From: the human T2T-CHM13v2.0 reference genome, Homo sapiens
DNA: 64,000 nt
Direction: 5' to 3' (one strand)
Assembly (NCBI RefSeq): GCF_009914755.1
Contig: NC_060939.1
The notes beneath the pieces are model-generated. The model did no database searches, was not told where the DNA came from, and worked only from the letters and a program-made list of their open reading frames with translations. How positions within the stretch are numbered: the first letter of the stretch is position 1; each line of letters begins with the position of its first letter. The position numbers were made by a program, and so were the translations under genes. Shown here one piece after another: positions 46,999-62,137 of the stretch.

Positions 46999-47692
46999 GA
47001 AGGCACCTATATAATGATAAGGGAGTCAATTCAGCCAGAGGATATAGAAATTTTAAATATATATGCACCCAACACTGGATCACCCAGATGCATAAAGCAA
47101 ATACTATTAGAGCTAAAGAGAGAGATAGGCCCCAGAACAACAATAGCTGGAGACTTCAACACCCCACTTTCTGTACCAGACAGATCTTCCAAACAGAAAA
47201 TCAACAAGGAAACATTGGACTTAATCTGCACTATAGACCCAATGAATCTAACAGATATTTATAGAATATTTCATCTGATGGCTGCAGAATACAAATTCTT
47301 TTCCTCAGCACATGGATCATTCCTCAGCAGATGGATCATTTTCATGGATCATTTGTTTTGTGACCATATGTTAGGTCACAGAACAAATCCTAAAACATTA
47401 AAAAATTGGAATAATATCAAGCATCTTCTCTGACCACAATGGAATAAAACTAGAAATAAATAATAAGAGGAATTTTGGAAACTATACAAATACATATAGA
47501 TTAAACAATGTACTTCTGAATGACCAGTGAGTCGATGAAGAATTTAAGAAGGAAATTGAAAAATTTCTTGAAACAAATGATAATGGAAACACGACATACC
47601 AAAACCTATGGGATACCGCAAAAGCAGTAGTAAGAGGGAATTTTATAGCTGTAAGTGCCTACATCAAAAAAGGACAAAAACAAATCTGTTGA

Positions 47693-47990
47693 AATTTATT
47701 TGCCATTGTAATAGTATTAAGAGGTGGGACCCTTGAGAGATGATTAGGCCATGAGGGCTGTACCCTCATTCGTGGGATTAATGTCATTATAGAAGTTTGA
47801 ATTTGGCACCCTTTCGCTTCTTTACCCTTCTGCCTTCCACCATGAGATGATACAGCAGGACCCTTTCAAGATGCCAGTGCCTTGATATTGGATTTCCCAG
47901 CCTCCAGAACTCTAAGCCAATAAATTTCTATTCTTTATAAATTACCCAGTCTATGGTACCTTGTTATAGCAGCACAAATGGATTAAGACA
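47693..47990 (+). mobile_element. MSTC/MSTB2-type LTR, remainder
   Basis: 'aatttatttgccattgtaatagtattaagaggtggg...aaatggattaagaca'. Confidence 0.88.
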
Positions 47991-48790
47991 ATGTATAAAT
48001 ATAGAAGAAGGAACCATCTTGGGGTGGGAGTAAAAAAAAGGAGGAAAGGGGAGAAGATGGGCCACGTCTTTTACATGATGAATTTAAGTTGCCTGTAGGA
48101 TGGACAAGTGTGGATCCAGGATGTAGTTGGATATCAAAGCTCAGAAGAATGATCTGAACTAGAAATACAGATTTTAGAATTATTAACAAATAAAAACATA
48201 ATCAAAGACAGAGATTGGAGCAGCAATACTTCCAGAGAGAGGGTAAATATCAGAAAAGTAGGAAGCTTAGCGTGTGAAATAAATCATTTTAAGATGAGAT
48301 GAAGAGAGGGGTGCCATTTTCAAACTGAAGAAGTAGCCAGGAAGGAAAGGAGAAAATGAGAAGAGAGGCCAAAGGGACAAGAGCATCAAAGGATGGTGCT
48401 CAGGGGTCAAGAAGGATATGGAATGAAAATGTCTCTCAGACTTGACGTCAAGCAAGTGTCAAGACAATTGACTTGACGACTGTTGCTTATATTAGGTAGA
48501 ATAGCTTCATTACTGTTCCAGAGAGAGATTCTTACTTGATCCTTAGTTTGCATTCAAACAAATAAATTTTCATTTCAGTAAATATTTCTTGAATGCCTAG
48601 TCTGTCCTAGGCACTGGGGCTCCAAAGTATAGAACTCTGGCCTTAAGGAATTTACTGCTTCTCAATAAGCTTTTCCAGGGCAGGAATGTACTCTTCTGTC
48701 TTCTGAACTGTCCTCAGGACTGGCCAAGAACAGGTGCACAGATGCAGGCACTTGGGATGCAAATACATGTTTATTGTATGAACTGATTCT
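47991..48790 (-). mobile_element. L2 (right part of host) and further L2 end fragments
   Basis: 'aagctcagaagaatgatctgaactagaaatacagatttt'. Confidence 0.6.
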
Positions 48791-49899
48791 CTGATCTTCT
48801 AGAGTATTCTGTCTGTTGGGTGAGACACAAATAATTAAACTGTACTACTAAATTTTAAGTACCCTAATAGAAGTTTTGAGAACTTCTCTTGTCATGTGAG
48901 AATATGGAGAATGTCATATGGAGAACATTCATTGAGTGAGCTTCCAGTATATACCAACAAAAACTAACAGTGTGACTTATATATCGTGCTTCTCTTTTGG
49001 GGAATCAGCTCCAGCTTGTAAGTACAGGCTATTGGGATATAGGGCATAACCATGTGGGAGTAGACTGGCTTCTCATGGCTGCTCTCTAGTTAGGGTGTGG
49101 GAGTACATTCCTTTAACATCGTTTGAGTTTTAGAAGAAAAAACACTTTACAGAGTGAGATGGGTTGAGGGTGGTTATCAAGGCTAGGTGGCACTGTGCAG
49201 TATGAAGTCCAAATGCAGCTGGTAAGTTTCCATTGCCTCACTGCTACATTTCGAAGTTAAACTGCCTCTTTGGGAAACAGACGTTACTTTGCTTAGAGTG
49301 AAGCTGGAGGAGATAGACTTCGTCAGGACCTAACTAGTAGGCAAAGTGTGCAGACTCCAAGTTCTAGAAAGCAGGTGTTGGTGTGAAGTGGCAGAGGAGG
49401 TACAGAATCTCACTGAATAGGTTTGGCTGTTTGCACCAGGTTTAGATTTACAAGTGTTTTTCTCTAAGAGAGCATCTGGAGGAGAATCCTACTGTGTGAA
49501 AGTCACTCTAAATATTTCAGACTGAACAGCCTGTGACTGGCCTGGGAAGCCATACTTGCTCTTTGGCAAGTTCGGAGGTTGTTCCTGGGCCCTTTTTGCT
49601 GGGATAGGATGGCTGGCTATGAAGCCCATAGTCGTTTCTGCCATGTACAAAAACACTACATCTTTGGGTTGAAATAGCAGCATATGAGTATCTTTATACA
49701 CAATCACTCTGTTTCTTTGAAGGGGAAATCATTCAATGTATGCCAAAACACAAATTTGGAAGGCGATTTGATCTAACACATAGAATGTTTACGAAATTTA
49801 TTTCCATATATCTGGAGATCAAAGATGCATATAATGCTCTACTCTCAAGAAAAACCATAGCTTGGTCATGGAGATGATATGTAAAATAAGTAAGTCTAG

Positions 49900-50229
<330 letters not shown>

Positions 50230-50428
50230 CCAATGAGTACATAAGGTATTTTGGAAAACTAAGAGAGCAGTTGCTGCTTCTGTGGACTGTATTTCGGGAG
50301 AAGGCAGTCAGAGGGAGCACAGAGAGGAGGTGGCATCTCAGTGTTGGCCTTGAAGGATGAGCAGAGACTCACGGCAGGTGGCGGCACTGGAAAGAAGCAC
50401 ACTAAGAGGCACTGAAAACTGATGATGC

Positions 50429-51773
<1,345 letters not shown>

Positions 51774-52476
51774 AATACCATTGGCAAAGTAATATGGGGC
51801 AAAACCTGCCCTCTTAGTCCATGGACACCACATATTGAACCCAAGGTTGGTTCCAGCTCAACTGTGGTTACTTTAAGGAGGATTCTGGTCAATTAAATCC
51901 AACTCAAGAAATGTTTATTGAATCTACACTATCTGTGAGGCCCAAAGAAAATCGCAGCCTTCATTTCAGGACCAGCATGGAAATTGCTATGACTTTGTGT
52001 TTGTGTTGGGGCAGACTTGAAAATTCTGCATGTGCTGTGTGCTGATATCCAACCCAGAATGATGCCTATCATAGTATGCTTTGTTTGTAGAAGCATATAA
52101 TTGACATATCGTTGAATTTCTGTGAAGCTAATGTGGGTTAAATAATGACAGCCTTTTCCAGGTGCCTGGCTCATCTCTGTGCTTTTGCATTCCTGAGGGG
52201 ATTCTGTCCACACTGGGTGCTGTGCTGGCTGTTGTGAGTGGCACAAAGCATTCAGACAGAGTTGCTGGTGGGTCTCCTTCCACCTAAGAGTCACCGTCAA
52301 GCAGTTGCCCCCTGGCTAAACGTGCAGAGATCAATAGCATTTTGTCTGTTAAGGGTCAGAATTTGCTTCTGTTTGTTTCTGTCATGTTTATTTACGACTC
52401 TAGGAGCTCACCTATTTGTTTTTCTCTCAGCCAAATCTTGGTGCTATTCTGCTTTTCTTGAGGACATAGCTTAGAA

Positions 52477-52950
52477 TGCTAACTGGGTAGTATTAAAGCC
52501 AAGGACCATTAGGAACACACCTGGAGTAAAAACAAAAAGTTAGGTTAACGGGGCTTGCAGTAGCAAGGAAGGACACACCAGAGATTAACTGTGGGGGGCC
52601 CCCTTACAGGATTCAGGCTTATGCTGGATGATTTTCACGAGGGGTTAGGAGAGCAGAGGCTGGTTTCGGGTTGTGTTGTGTCAAGAGGGAGGGTCAACTT
52701 GGTGACCAGGTATCTTAATACATTTTATCAAAGAGGCTGATGGATTAAAGCTGGGCTAGGAGAAGTCACTTGTGTTAGTCAGAAGAGGGGATGTTTTGTG
52801 ATTGTTGAGGTTGTGGAGTGGCCATGTCTCTGTCTTTTTCCAAACGTAGCAGCAGTGGCCTTGTGTGAGCATTGTTCAGATTCACTGTTTATGTTCAGTT
52901 GGGAACATCATTGTTTGGCTGCTGGTGGGGCCATTTTTAATGTTCTTAGT
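52477..52950 (-). mobile_element. Old ERV LTR (LTR78/79-like)
   Basis: 'aaagccaaggaccattaggaacacacctggagtaaaaac...gttagtcagaagaggggatgttt'. Confidence 0.55.
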
Positions 52951-53154
52951 AGCTTCCTCATTTGTAAAATGAGAGGACTGCATAAGAACAGTGGTTTCAA
53001 ACTGCTCCCCAAAGGTCTAGGAGCTTTGGGGGCCGCTGTAGATACTACGGGGAGGCAGAGTGTGCAGGGCTCTTGGCCCTCTTGACCTCCTCTCAACAGA
53101 GCAGGTATGCTTTTCCAGTTTTACATTTTGGGGTTCTGTGTTAAACCACATTTT

Positions 53155-54207
53155 ATTTTTTTAACCTTTATTTTAGAATTGGGGGTACATGTGCAAGTTT
53201 GTTACATGGGTATATTGTGTGATGCTGAGGTTTGGGATACAAATGAAACCACCACCCAGATAGTGAGCATAGCACTCGATAGGTAGGTTGTTTCCAACCC
53301 GTCCTCCTCTCCTTTCCTCCCCTCTCTTGTATTCCTCAATGTCTATTGTTCCCACTTTTACATCCATGTGTACCCACTTATAAATGAGAACACGTGGCAT
53401 TTGGTTTTCTGTTTCCATGTTAGTTTGGTTAAGATAATGGTTTCCAGCTGCATCCATGTTGGGGCAAAGGACATGACTTCATTCTTTTTTATTGCTGTGT
53501 AATATTCCATGGTGTATATGTACCACATTTTCTTTATTCAATCCACTAACATTGATGGGCATTTAGGTTGATTTCATGTCTTTGCCATTGGGAATAGTGC
53601 TGCAATGAACATACGGGCACTTTTTTTTTTTTTTGGTAGAACTATTTATTTTCCTTGGGGCGTATACCCACGTAGAAGGACATTGTTGCATTGCTATAAA
53701 GAAATACTGGCATGATGCCAGCATCTGCTCAGCTTCCGGGGAGGCCTCAGAGAGTTTTTACTCATAGCAGAAGGTGAAGTGGGAGCAGACACATCACATG
53801 GCAAGAGCAGGAGTGAGGGAGAGAGGAGGAAGTGCCATACTCTTTTAAACATCCAGATCTCACGTGAACTCAGTGAATCACCACGGGGATGGTGCTAAGG
53901 CATCCATGAGGGATCCGCCCCCATGACCCAATCACCTCCCAGCAGGCCCCACCTCCAATACTGGGGATCACATTTCAACATGAGATTTGGGTGGGACAAA
54001 TATCCAAACCATATCAGCCCAATAGAGGGGTTGCTGGGTTGAATCAGTTCTTTGAGAAATTTCCAAATTGCTCTCCACAGAGGCTGAACTAATCTTCATT
54101 CATATCAATACTGTATGTGTTCTCTTTTCTCCAAAGCCTTGTCAATATGTTATTTTTTGACTTTTTAACAAAAGCCATTCTGACTGGTGTAAGATGGTAT
54201 CTCATTG
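53155..54207 (-). mobile_element. L1PA15/16 3' end
   Basis: 'gggggtacatgtgcaagtttgttacatgggtatattg'; TSD taaaccacatttt at 53142 and 54208. Confidence 0.88.
53671..54016 (-). mobile_element. MSTB-type LTR with internal deletion
   Basis: 'gccagcatctgctcagcttccggggaggcctc...atccaaaccatatca'; TSD accca/gccca. Confidence 0.88.
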
Positions 54208-55374
54208 TAAACCACATTTTCGGCACACATTCTTTCGCTATAGAGGAGCTTAAAAATTGCTGAACTGGATAAGCTCTAGGTCTCTCTATTGCTTCCTGGC
54301 ACAGGGAGGTAAAATAATTTGTCCCAAATGTATAGAGCTAATTAGATTCAGTGGCTTAAGTTTGAACCTCAGCTTTGCCATCAATTTCAGAATTTTGCTC
54401 ATTTTGTTTACTTTTTCCCACTGTGTCAGGATTCCAGCATGCTGGGTCTAAAGGGCTGATGGGACACACTGTAAATTCATTTGAATGAGGCTCCCAGAAG
54501 CCTCATGAAAAATATTTTATCTTAATAAGTGAGACGCATATAAGTTTGGCTTGACTGAGCAGGAGGACAAAAATGAGAAAAAACTAGTAATGGGACCCAT
54601 TTTTACCATCCAGAAGGTGAGGTCTGGGGCATCATGGTTTTCATATTATTCCATGATTGATCAACTATGCAGTAGGAACAAGATGGCACAGATTAAACTA
54701 GGTTCTTATTTACTATACAATTCTTTTGGGGATAACTGTGCTTCCATTAATTTTATGAGACTTATCCTTGTATGTTTGTATCAGTAGCTATTTGCTTATT
54801 AGATGTTTATTTTCCATTTTGTCTCCACTGTGGCAATGTGGGTGCTGGAATTCTCCCTTTCTCCTAGAGGTACATTCTCAGCACATGTTGACTCTGTGCA
54901 TCTGTTTAGCTGTTTGGGGTCCATAAGTTTTGTGGTTATAATTTATGTGTCTATAATAATTACTAATCAGAATAGCAGTTGATTCAATGCTCAAATCTTA
55001 ATTTAGACTTTGAGTTGACAGTGATGTGCTAGAATTTACAGTAATGATGTTGAGTGATTCTGCTTTGTCTGAGGATTTAATAGTTGCTATTACCTCCACA
55101 TGGCACCCTTTGTTCCTTCAGCTATGAGATGCCAGACCTTTGAATGGCTATATGAACTCAAGGGAACAAGGGATAAACTATTAAGACTAGAGAGAACTCT
55201 GCCCCTAGAATTAATTCTTTGGGTTTTTGATTGAATCAATTTACCAGAAGGAAGCATCACATGTAAACAGATCAGGAGAAGGTTGCTCAGTAAACCGAGC
55301 ACGGAAAATTGGACATTATTAAGCTGTGTTTCTCAATGAGGCATTTGGAGAATCGCTTTGTGAACAATAGATGT

Positions 55375-55721
55375 TAGTCTACATCAAACTACAGCAAACC
55401 ATGTTATATGTTCTGAATCTATCTTCCTGCCAGTTTTGTATGTCCCCTGGGCTAAGAATGGTGTTTAGATTTTTAAATCATTGAAAAAAAATCAAAAGAA
55501 GAATAATATTTCATGAGATGTGAAAATTATGCAAAATCCAAATTTCAATGTCCATAAAAAGGTTTTATTAGAACATAGCCACACTCTTTCATTTCCGTAT
55601 TGTCTGTGGCTGTTTTGTGTTATAATGGTAGAACTGAGTAGTTAAAAAAGAAACCTAATAAACCGCAAAGGTTAAAATGTTTACCCTCTGGCCCTTTATA
55701 GAACTGGTTAGCCAACACTTG
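55375..55721 (+). mobile_element. MER58B (hAT-Charlie)
   Basis: 'aggttttattagaacatagccacac...tgtttaccctctggccctttatagaa'. Confidence 0.8.
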
Positions 55722-55770
55722 GTCTGTATGATAGTGTTGCACAAGGAAAAAGTTAAGAATCTCTGCTCTC

Positions 55771-56038
55771 GGCTGGGCACAGGCCTGTAATCCCAGCACT
55801 TTGGGAAGCTGAGGTGGGTGGATCACCTGAGGTCAGGAGACCAGCCTGGCCAACATGGGAAAACCCCATCTCTACTAAAAATACGAAAATGAGCCAGGCG
55901 TGATGGTGCATGCCTGTAATCCCAGCTACTTGGGAGGCTGAGGCAGGGGAATCATTTGAACCCGGGAGGTAGAGGTTGATATTGCACCACTGCACTCCAG
56001 CCTGGGTGACAGATTGAGACTCCATCTCAAAAAAAAAA
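55771..56038 (+). mobile_element. AluSx with three short deletions
   Basis: TSD a(a/g)gaa(t/c)ctctgctct. Confidence 0.92.
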
Positions 56039-57930
56039 AGGAACCTCTGCTCTTAATAAATAATCTCATTGAATTATGATTGCTTGCTAGTGAATACGTA
56101 TTCACTTATTCTAATAATTTTCTCAGGGCTAGTATTTTGGAGTCAGCATATTTTGTCTTATAGATAGGTCCAGGGTGGGCCTTAATCTTCTTTCCTTCCA
56201 CTTATTTTTTGTTTAGAGGCACACTTTCCAATTATGGCATTGGTGGTTACCATTTGTGTGAAAAATGTTGTATTCCATATTGCAGTTATTCATTTTTCTT
56301 CTTGTGGATGTTTTGCACATACCCAGGTTTATGTGTGTTAACGTAGCTCTTAGGTACTAGGGAAGTGAGGGTGTTTAGGCTTAAAGGTATTGGTGTTCAA
56401 GGAAGGAATGCTCAAAAGAAAGACTGAACACAAGAATGCAGAGTTCTAAGGGGCCAGAGAAAGGAGACAGAAGTCCTAATAGAGTCACGGTGATAATTTG
56501 TTGGCAACTGCAGATCAGAAAAACGCTGCTATTGAGATTTCAGAGAACTGCTTAGGTTGCAGTTTACATTGCAATGGGGATGGAAGCTGAAGTAACTGGG
56601 CAAAAATTGCCTTATTTTTTTCCACTTTCCAGATCAGTGAAAGATAAAATGATTTAATCTTTGATTCAGGGTAGACACAGAGAAGAGAATCTGAGTTCTG
56701 GAAGAGTAAGGCTAACGTGCGTGCAGTCTGTTACAAGTTACCAACTAAATTTCCAGATGAGCCAACTCCTCCCAGGACAAAGAATTGTAGGTTGAGGGGC
56801 ATATATTGCATTGGCGGGCTCATTGCATCTGTTTTCTCAATCATGCTTGTTACTTACTGTGGAATATGGATTGTTATGGTGATGTGAGGATGGAAGCCAT
56901 CTGCCCTGCAGAATCTTGGGAAATTTTATGGACCCCATAATGTTGGCAACAAGGAAGGAGCAGAGGATGTGGCATCTGAAGACCAGCTCAAAAGAGTAAA
57001 CTTTTACCAAAGCTTATGCACATTCCACTCCTCTCTTCATGGCATTCTTTCAGAGCATCCTCCTACTTTCATGCTTTTGTGTCCTCTCTAAAAATCCCAT
57101 GGAGTAAGAGACTTCTGCCCAGTAAGACTGATGACCAGTGTACTGACACCAATTCCATGAGTACCACCATCTTAAGCCTACCCCAGTGTTTCAACTTTGA
57201 ACCTCTGGTTGGCAGAGTGAATACAGTATCCCGTATGTCACCAACTTTGTAGCAAGTAGGCTCTATATTTTCAGTACAATGCTAAGGAACTTATTAGCAT
57301 TTGCCTCTCCACTTAGGGGGAATACAGAGTTTCACACTCTCCAGTTCACCTTCACAGAAGAGTAGATTTAATAATAATAATAAAAAAAAACTTGGTGAGA
57401 CTCTCTGCCACACTGTCTTCTGGTGATATATGCTAATCATAGGCATGAAGACATTGTGACCTGTTTTGTAAGTTTAGTTAGTTTCCTGATCTCCCTGCCA
57501 TTAACAAGGCTTTCTTGTTACTAGAAATTTTGAAGAAAAAGAAACATTAAAAATTAAATCATAGAAATAGAAGATAATATAGGTCAATACAGCATGTCCT
57601 TGAATAGTCATTTTGTTACAATGCTGATGAGATAAAAAATCGATTCCTGGCTGGAGCCATTATCTGTGTGGAGTTTGCACATTCTCCCCATGTCTGCTAG
57701 ATTTTTCTCCAGATAGTTCGGTTTCCTCCCACATCCCAAAGATATGAATATTAGGTTAATTGGCACGTCTATGTTGTCCCAGTCTGAGCGATCGTGGCTG
57801 TGTGTGAGTGCACCCTATGATGGAATGGCGTCCTGTCCAGGGTAGGTTCCTGCCTTGAATCCTGGACTCTTGGGATAGGCTCCAGCCACTCAAAACCCTG
57901 ATAAGTGGGTAAATAATTACCTTACTTTTT

Positions 57931-58256
<326 letters not shown>

Positions 58257-58279
58257 CTTACTTTTTTTTTTTTTATTAA

Positions 58280-58624
<345 letters not shown>

Positions 58625-58920
58625 AGCTCACATTTATTTCAATGTTTAATCTTAGAAGTGTTTCGGGTCTTAGAAGTTTGGTGATGTTTTCGTGACCAGA
58701 AGTATACCATAGGAACTGAACTTTTGTTTATATCAATTAGCCTATGGTAAAATTGGGTTTGACATACATTGTGCCACTTAAAGTCACAGTTTCCAAGAAC
58801 CTATCAAGGGATGTTAAGTGAGGACTTACTGTATTTGTCTTATCACAGAGTAGGGAAGGACTTTCTAAGCATGAATGCAAAGACGGAAACTACAAAAAAA
58901 TCTGAACACTTGTTCTAAAA

Positions 58921-59121
58921 CAGAGTTTCTCAATTATTCCTATTTTGGGCTAAATCATTCTTTGTTGTGGGGGCCTGAGCATTGTAGAATGCTTAGCATC
59001 ATTCCTGGTGCCTGCTTCTTAGATGTTAATAGCAGCCCCCCACTCATGACAATCAAAAATGTTTCCAGATGTTGTCAAAGTTTCCCTAGGGGGCAATATC
59101 GCCACTGGCTAGGAACCACTG
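58921..59121. mobile_element. MER20 (hAT)
   Basis: 'attctttgttgtgggg...gacaatcaaaaatgtttccaga...aaccactg'; 8-bp TSD ttctaaaa/ttctagaa. Confidence 0.88.
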
Positions 59122-59134
59122 TTCTAGAATGATT

Positions 59135-59710
59135 GTTCTGTATGCAAGGGGGAAATAAAAAGCCATCTCAAATTCAAGTTGTGGGCTTGAATCATATACT
59201 TACATGGGGCCTCATCTTGGAAATATAAAATTCCAAGGAACCAAAGCAGATAAAGGGCCTACTTTGGTTTCTGTGTCTACCTGATAGGGTTTGTGGGCTT
59301 TCTTTCAGGGCAGCACTGCCTCTATCCTCACATTTATCCTTTATCTTCTCTGTGGTCGCTTGTTTCCTCTGTTTGTTTCTGATCATGCCTCCCTCTGCTT
59401 GCACATTCCTTTGGCTTGCCAACTCTTTTTCATGGAATCTATTACTTTCAGATCTGGCCCTACTTGCTAGCTGTGAGAGACAGAAATTTATCTCCATGTA
59501 TAATCACATCTCTGCTATTATGTTGGGCTGTGCGATAGGCATAGGCTGCAGGTCACGCTATGGAGAAGCTGTCTGTGGGCCAAGTGCATGCCCCTCATCC
59601 ACCAGTTGTGACCCGTAAGGAAGGGGTGTCATTGGTGTAAAGCACCAGTGCTTGGCAGCAGGAGCCATTGACTGCAGATTCACTCAGAAGAAAGTGGGGA
59701 CAGGTGGGTG
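59135..59710 (-). mobile_element. Old MaLR LTR (MLT1N/O-like)
   Basis: 'gggccaagtgcatgcccctcatccaccagttgtgacc'; weak resemblance. Confidence 0.35.
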
Positions 59711-59719
59711 CTGACTGAG

Positions 59720-60610
59720 ATCTCTAAACCAAAGAAAAAAATCTAAAAGTTCCATCTATCCAGAAGGAATTCCCATAAGCATAACTAATCTAAATGAAAT
59801 AAACTGGGTAGAAGATTCAACATGCAGCATGGGATTAATATAAAAGTGATTTTACAAATCAGTATATAAAATGGTGAATATCTCAAGAAGACAATGTATC
59901 AAGGGCAGGAAGGAGCAAAACCACAAAACAAGAATTACAGTGGCCACAAATATTGGAATAAATACTCAGACGCATGAAGTATAAAAGAAGCGCAAGTTAT
60001 TACAAAGCAAATATAAAATTTTGCCTTTCACATTGGTGAAACATTAAAAAATAGTAATTGTTCGTTCATTCTTAGTGAGAGACTAGCAAAATTCTCATTC
60101 TGGTACTGAAAGGAAAATTGCTGATATTATTAAAAATCAGGTCAGCAAGTTTTTGGGTGTAATCTGGCAATAGAGATGAAAGCACCAAAAATGTTCATAC
60201 CTTTTGAGTCAATAATTCCCTCTAGAAATTTACTCTAAATAAATATTCAGAGCTGTGAGTAAAGAATTATATATGAAGATGAAATATTAATCAATGGATG
60301 TTTTATTCTAACAAAAGATTGGAATTAACTTAAATATCCAAAAGGGGATTGATTAAAGGTGTTTTAAAAATATATTTCATGGCATAGGAAAGGTTCAGAA
60401 TATTATGTTTAGTGAAATTAACAGGTTACAAAGCTATTTCTAGTATAATTTAAATTTTGCATGTATTTACAGAGATACACACACAAAATTAAAATTAGGA
60501 AGAAATATATCAAGTATTTAATAGTGTTATCTAAAGTTGGTTGTATGACTGATTTTTATCTTCTTTTAACTTTTATGTTTTCTCTAAACTTTCTACAAGA
60601 GTCCATTACT
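59720..60610 (+). mobile_element. L1ME-type 3' region
   Basis: 'aaaatgttcataccttttgagtcaataattccctctagaaatttactct'. Confidence 0.65.
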
Positions 60611-60639
60611 TATAAATATATACTCTATTTAATTTTTAT

Positions 60640-61297
<658 letters not shown>

Positions 61298-62137
61298 TTA
61301 AAATGGCTTATACGCTATCTTCTGAGAAGCCCCCCGAAAGTGAGAATTTGTTATTGTCCAGGGCCCAGCCTTTCAGACTGAGAATCCCATTTTTTTTCCC
61401 AGCTCACTAAATGCAGAAAAATTTATCAGGGGGCAGACTCACATTTAACCAAGCTTATAGAGACTGATGTATAAAACCAGAACACCAGTGAATTAATTTG
61501 CAATAAGAAATAGAACTGTAGAAAGAGCCAAACACTTGTGTTGTCTGTAGCTTATTGTGTGGAAAACTACATTATAAATAATACTGTCTTGTGAGTAGGG
61601 AATCAGAATTAAGAGTGTTAATTATAAGACTTTAATGTTTCATTGCATCAAGTTTTAATTGCATGAGGCAGTTTGGTCCATAGTAGGAAATGACATGCCA
61701 CCAGGCCTAGATAAGTAGAGTCTTACTATCTGAACTGAGACTCAAGAGGTATTGCCAAAGTTTGCCTTGAAATATATTTTTTAAACTTTCATTGACTTTG
61801 TGATGGTCACCTTTCTTTGTGTGCAGTGTCTCAGGTAAGGTTCATATTGGCATACACACACACCTGTACACATTCTAAAGTAAATCATATTATCAATTTT
61901 TTTAATAAAGGATACAAAAATTAGCTAGAGGGAGAGTCAGGCCACGCAGAGTCAGAGCATACACTCTGTTTCTCAACCCAGCTTCCCCAGACCTTGCAAC
62001 CCCCAGTGGGAGGATGTGTGGCTAGCAGTGATGTTGTCCACCAAAAGTGGGTCTTCCCAGATCTGCGAAGCGTAATTTTCAGTTGCAACACCATCCTCTT
62101 TATACTTGAGGCTTATATATATCATACGTGTGTGTGT

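Larger units (their letters stand above)
52989..54261 (+). mobile_element. hAT-Charlie MITE (MER112-like) split by L1PA
   Basis: 'cagtggtttcaaactg...caacagagcagg...ttttacattttggggttctg'. Confidence 0.55.
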
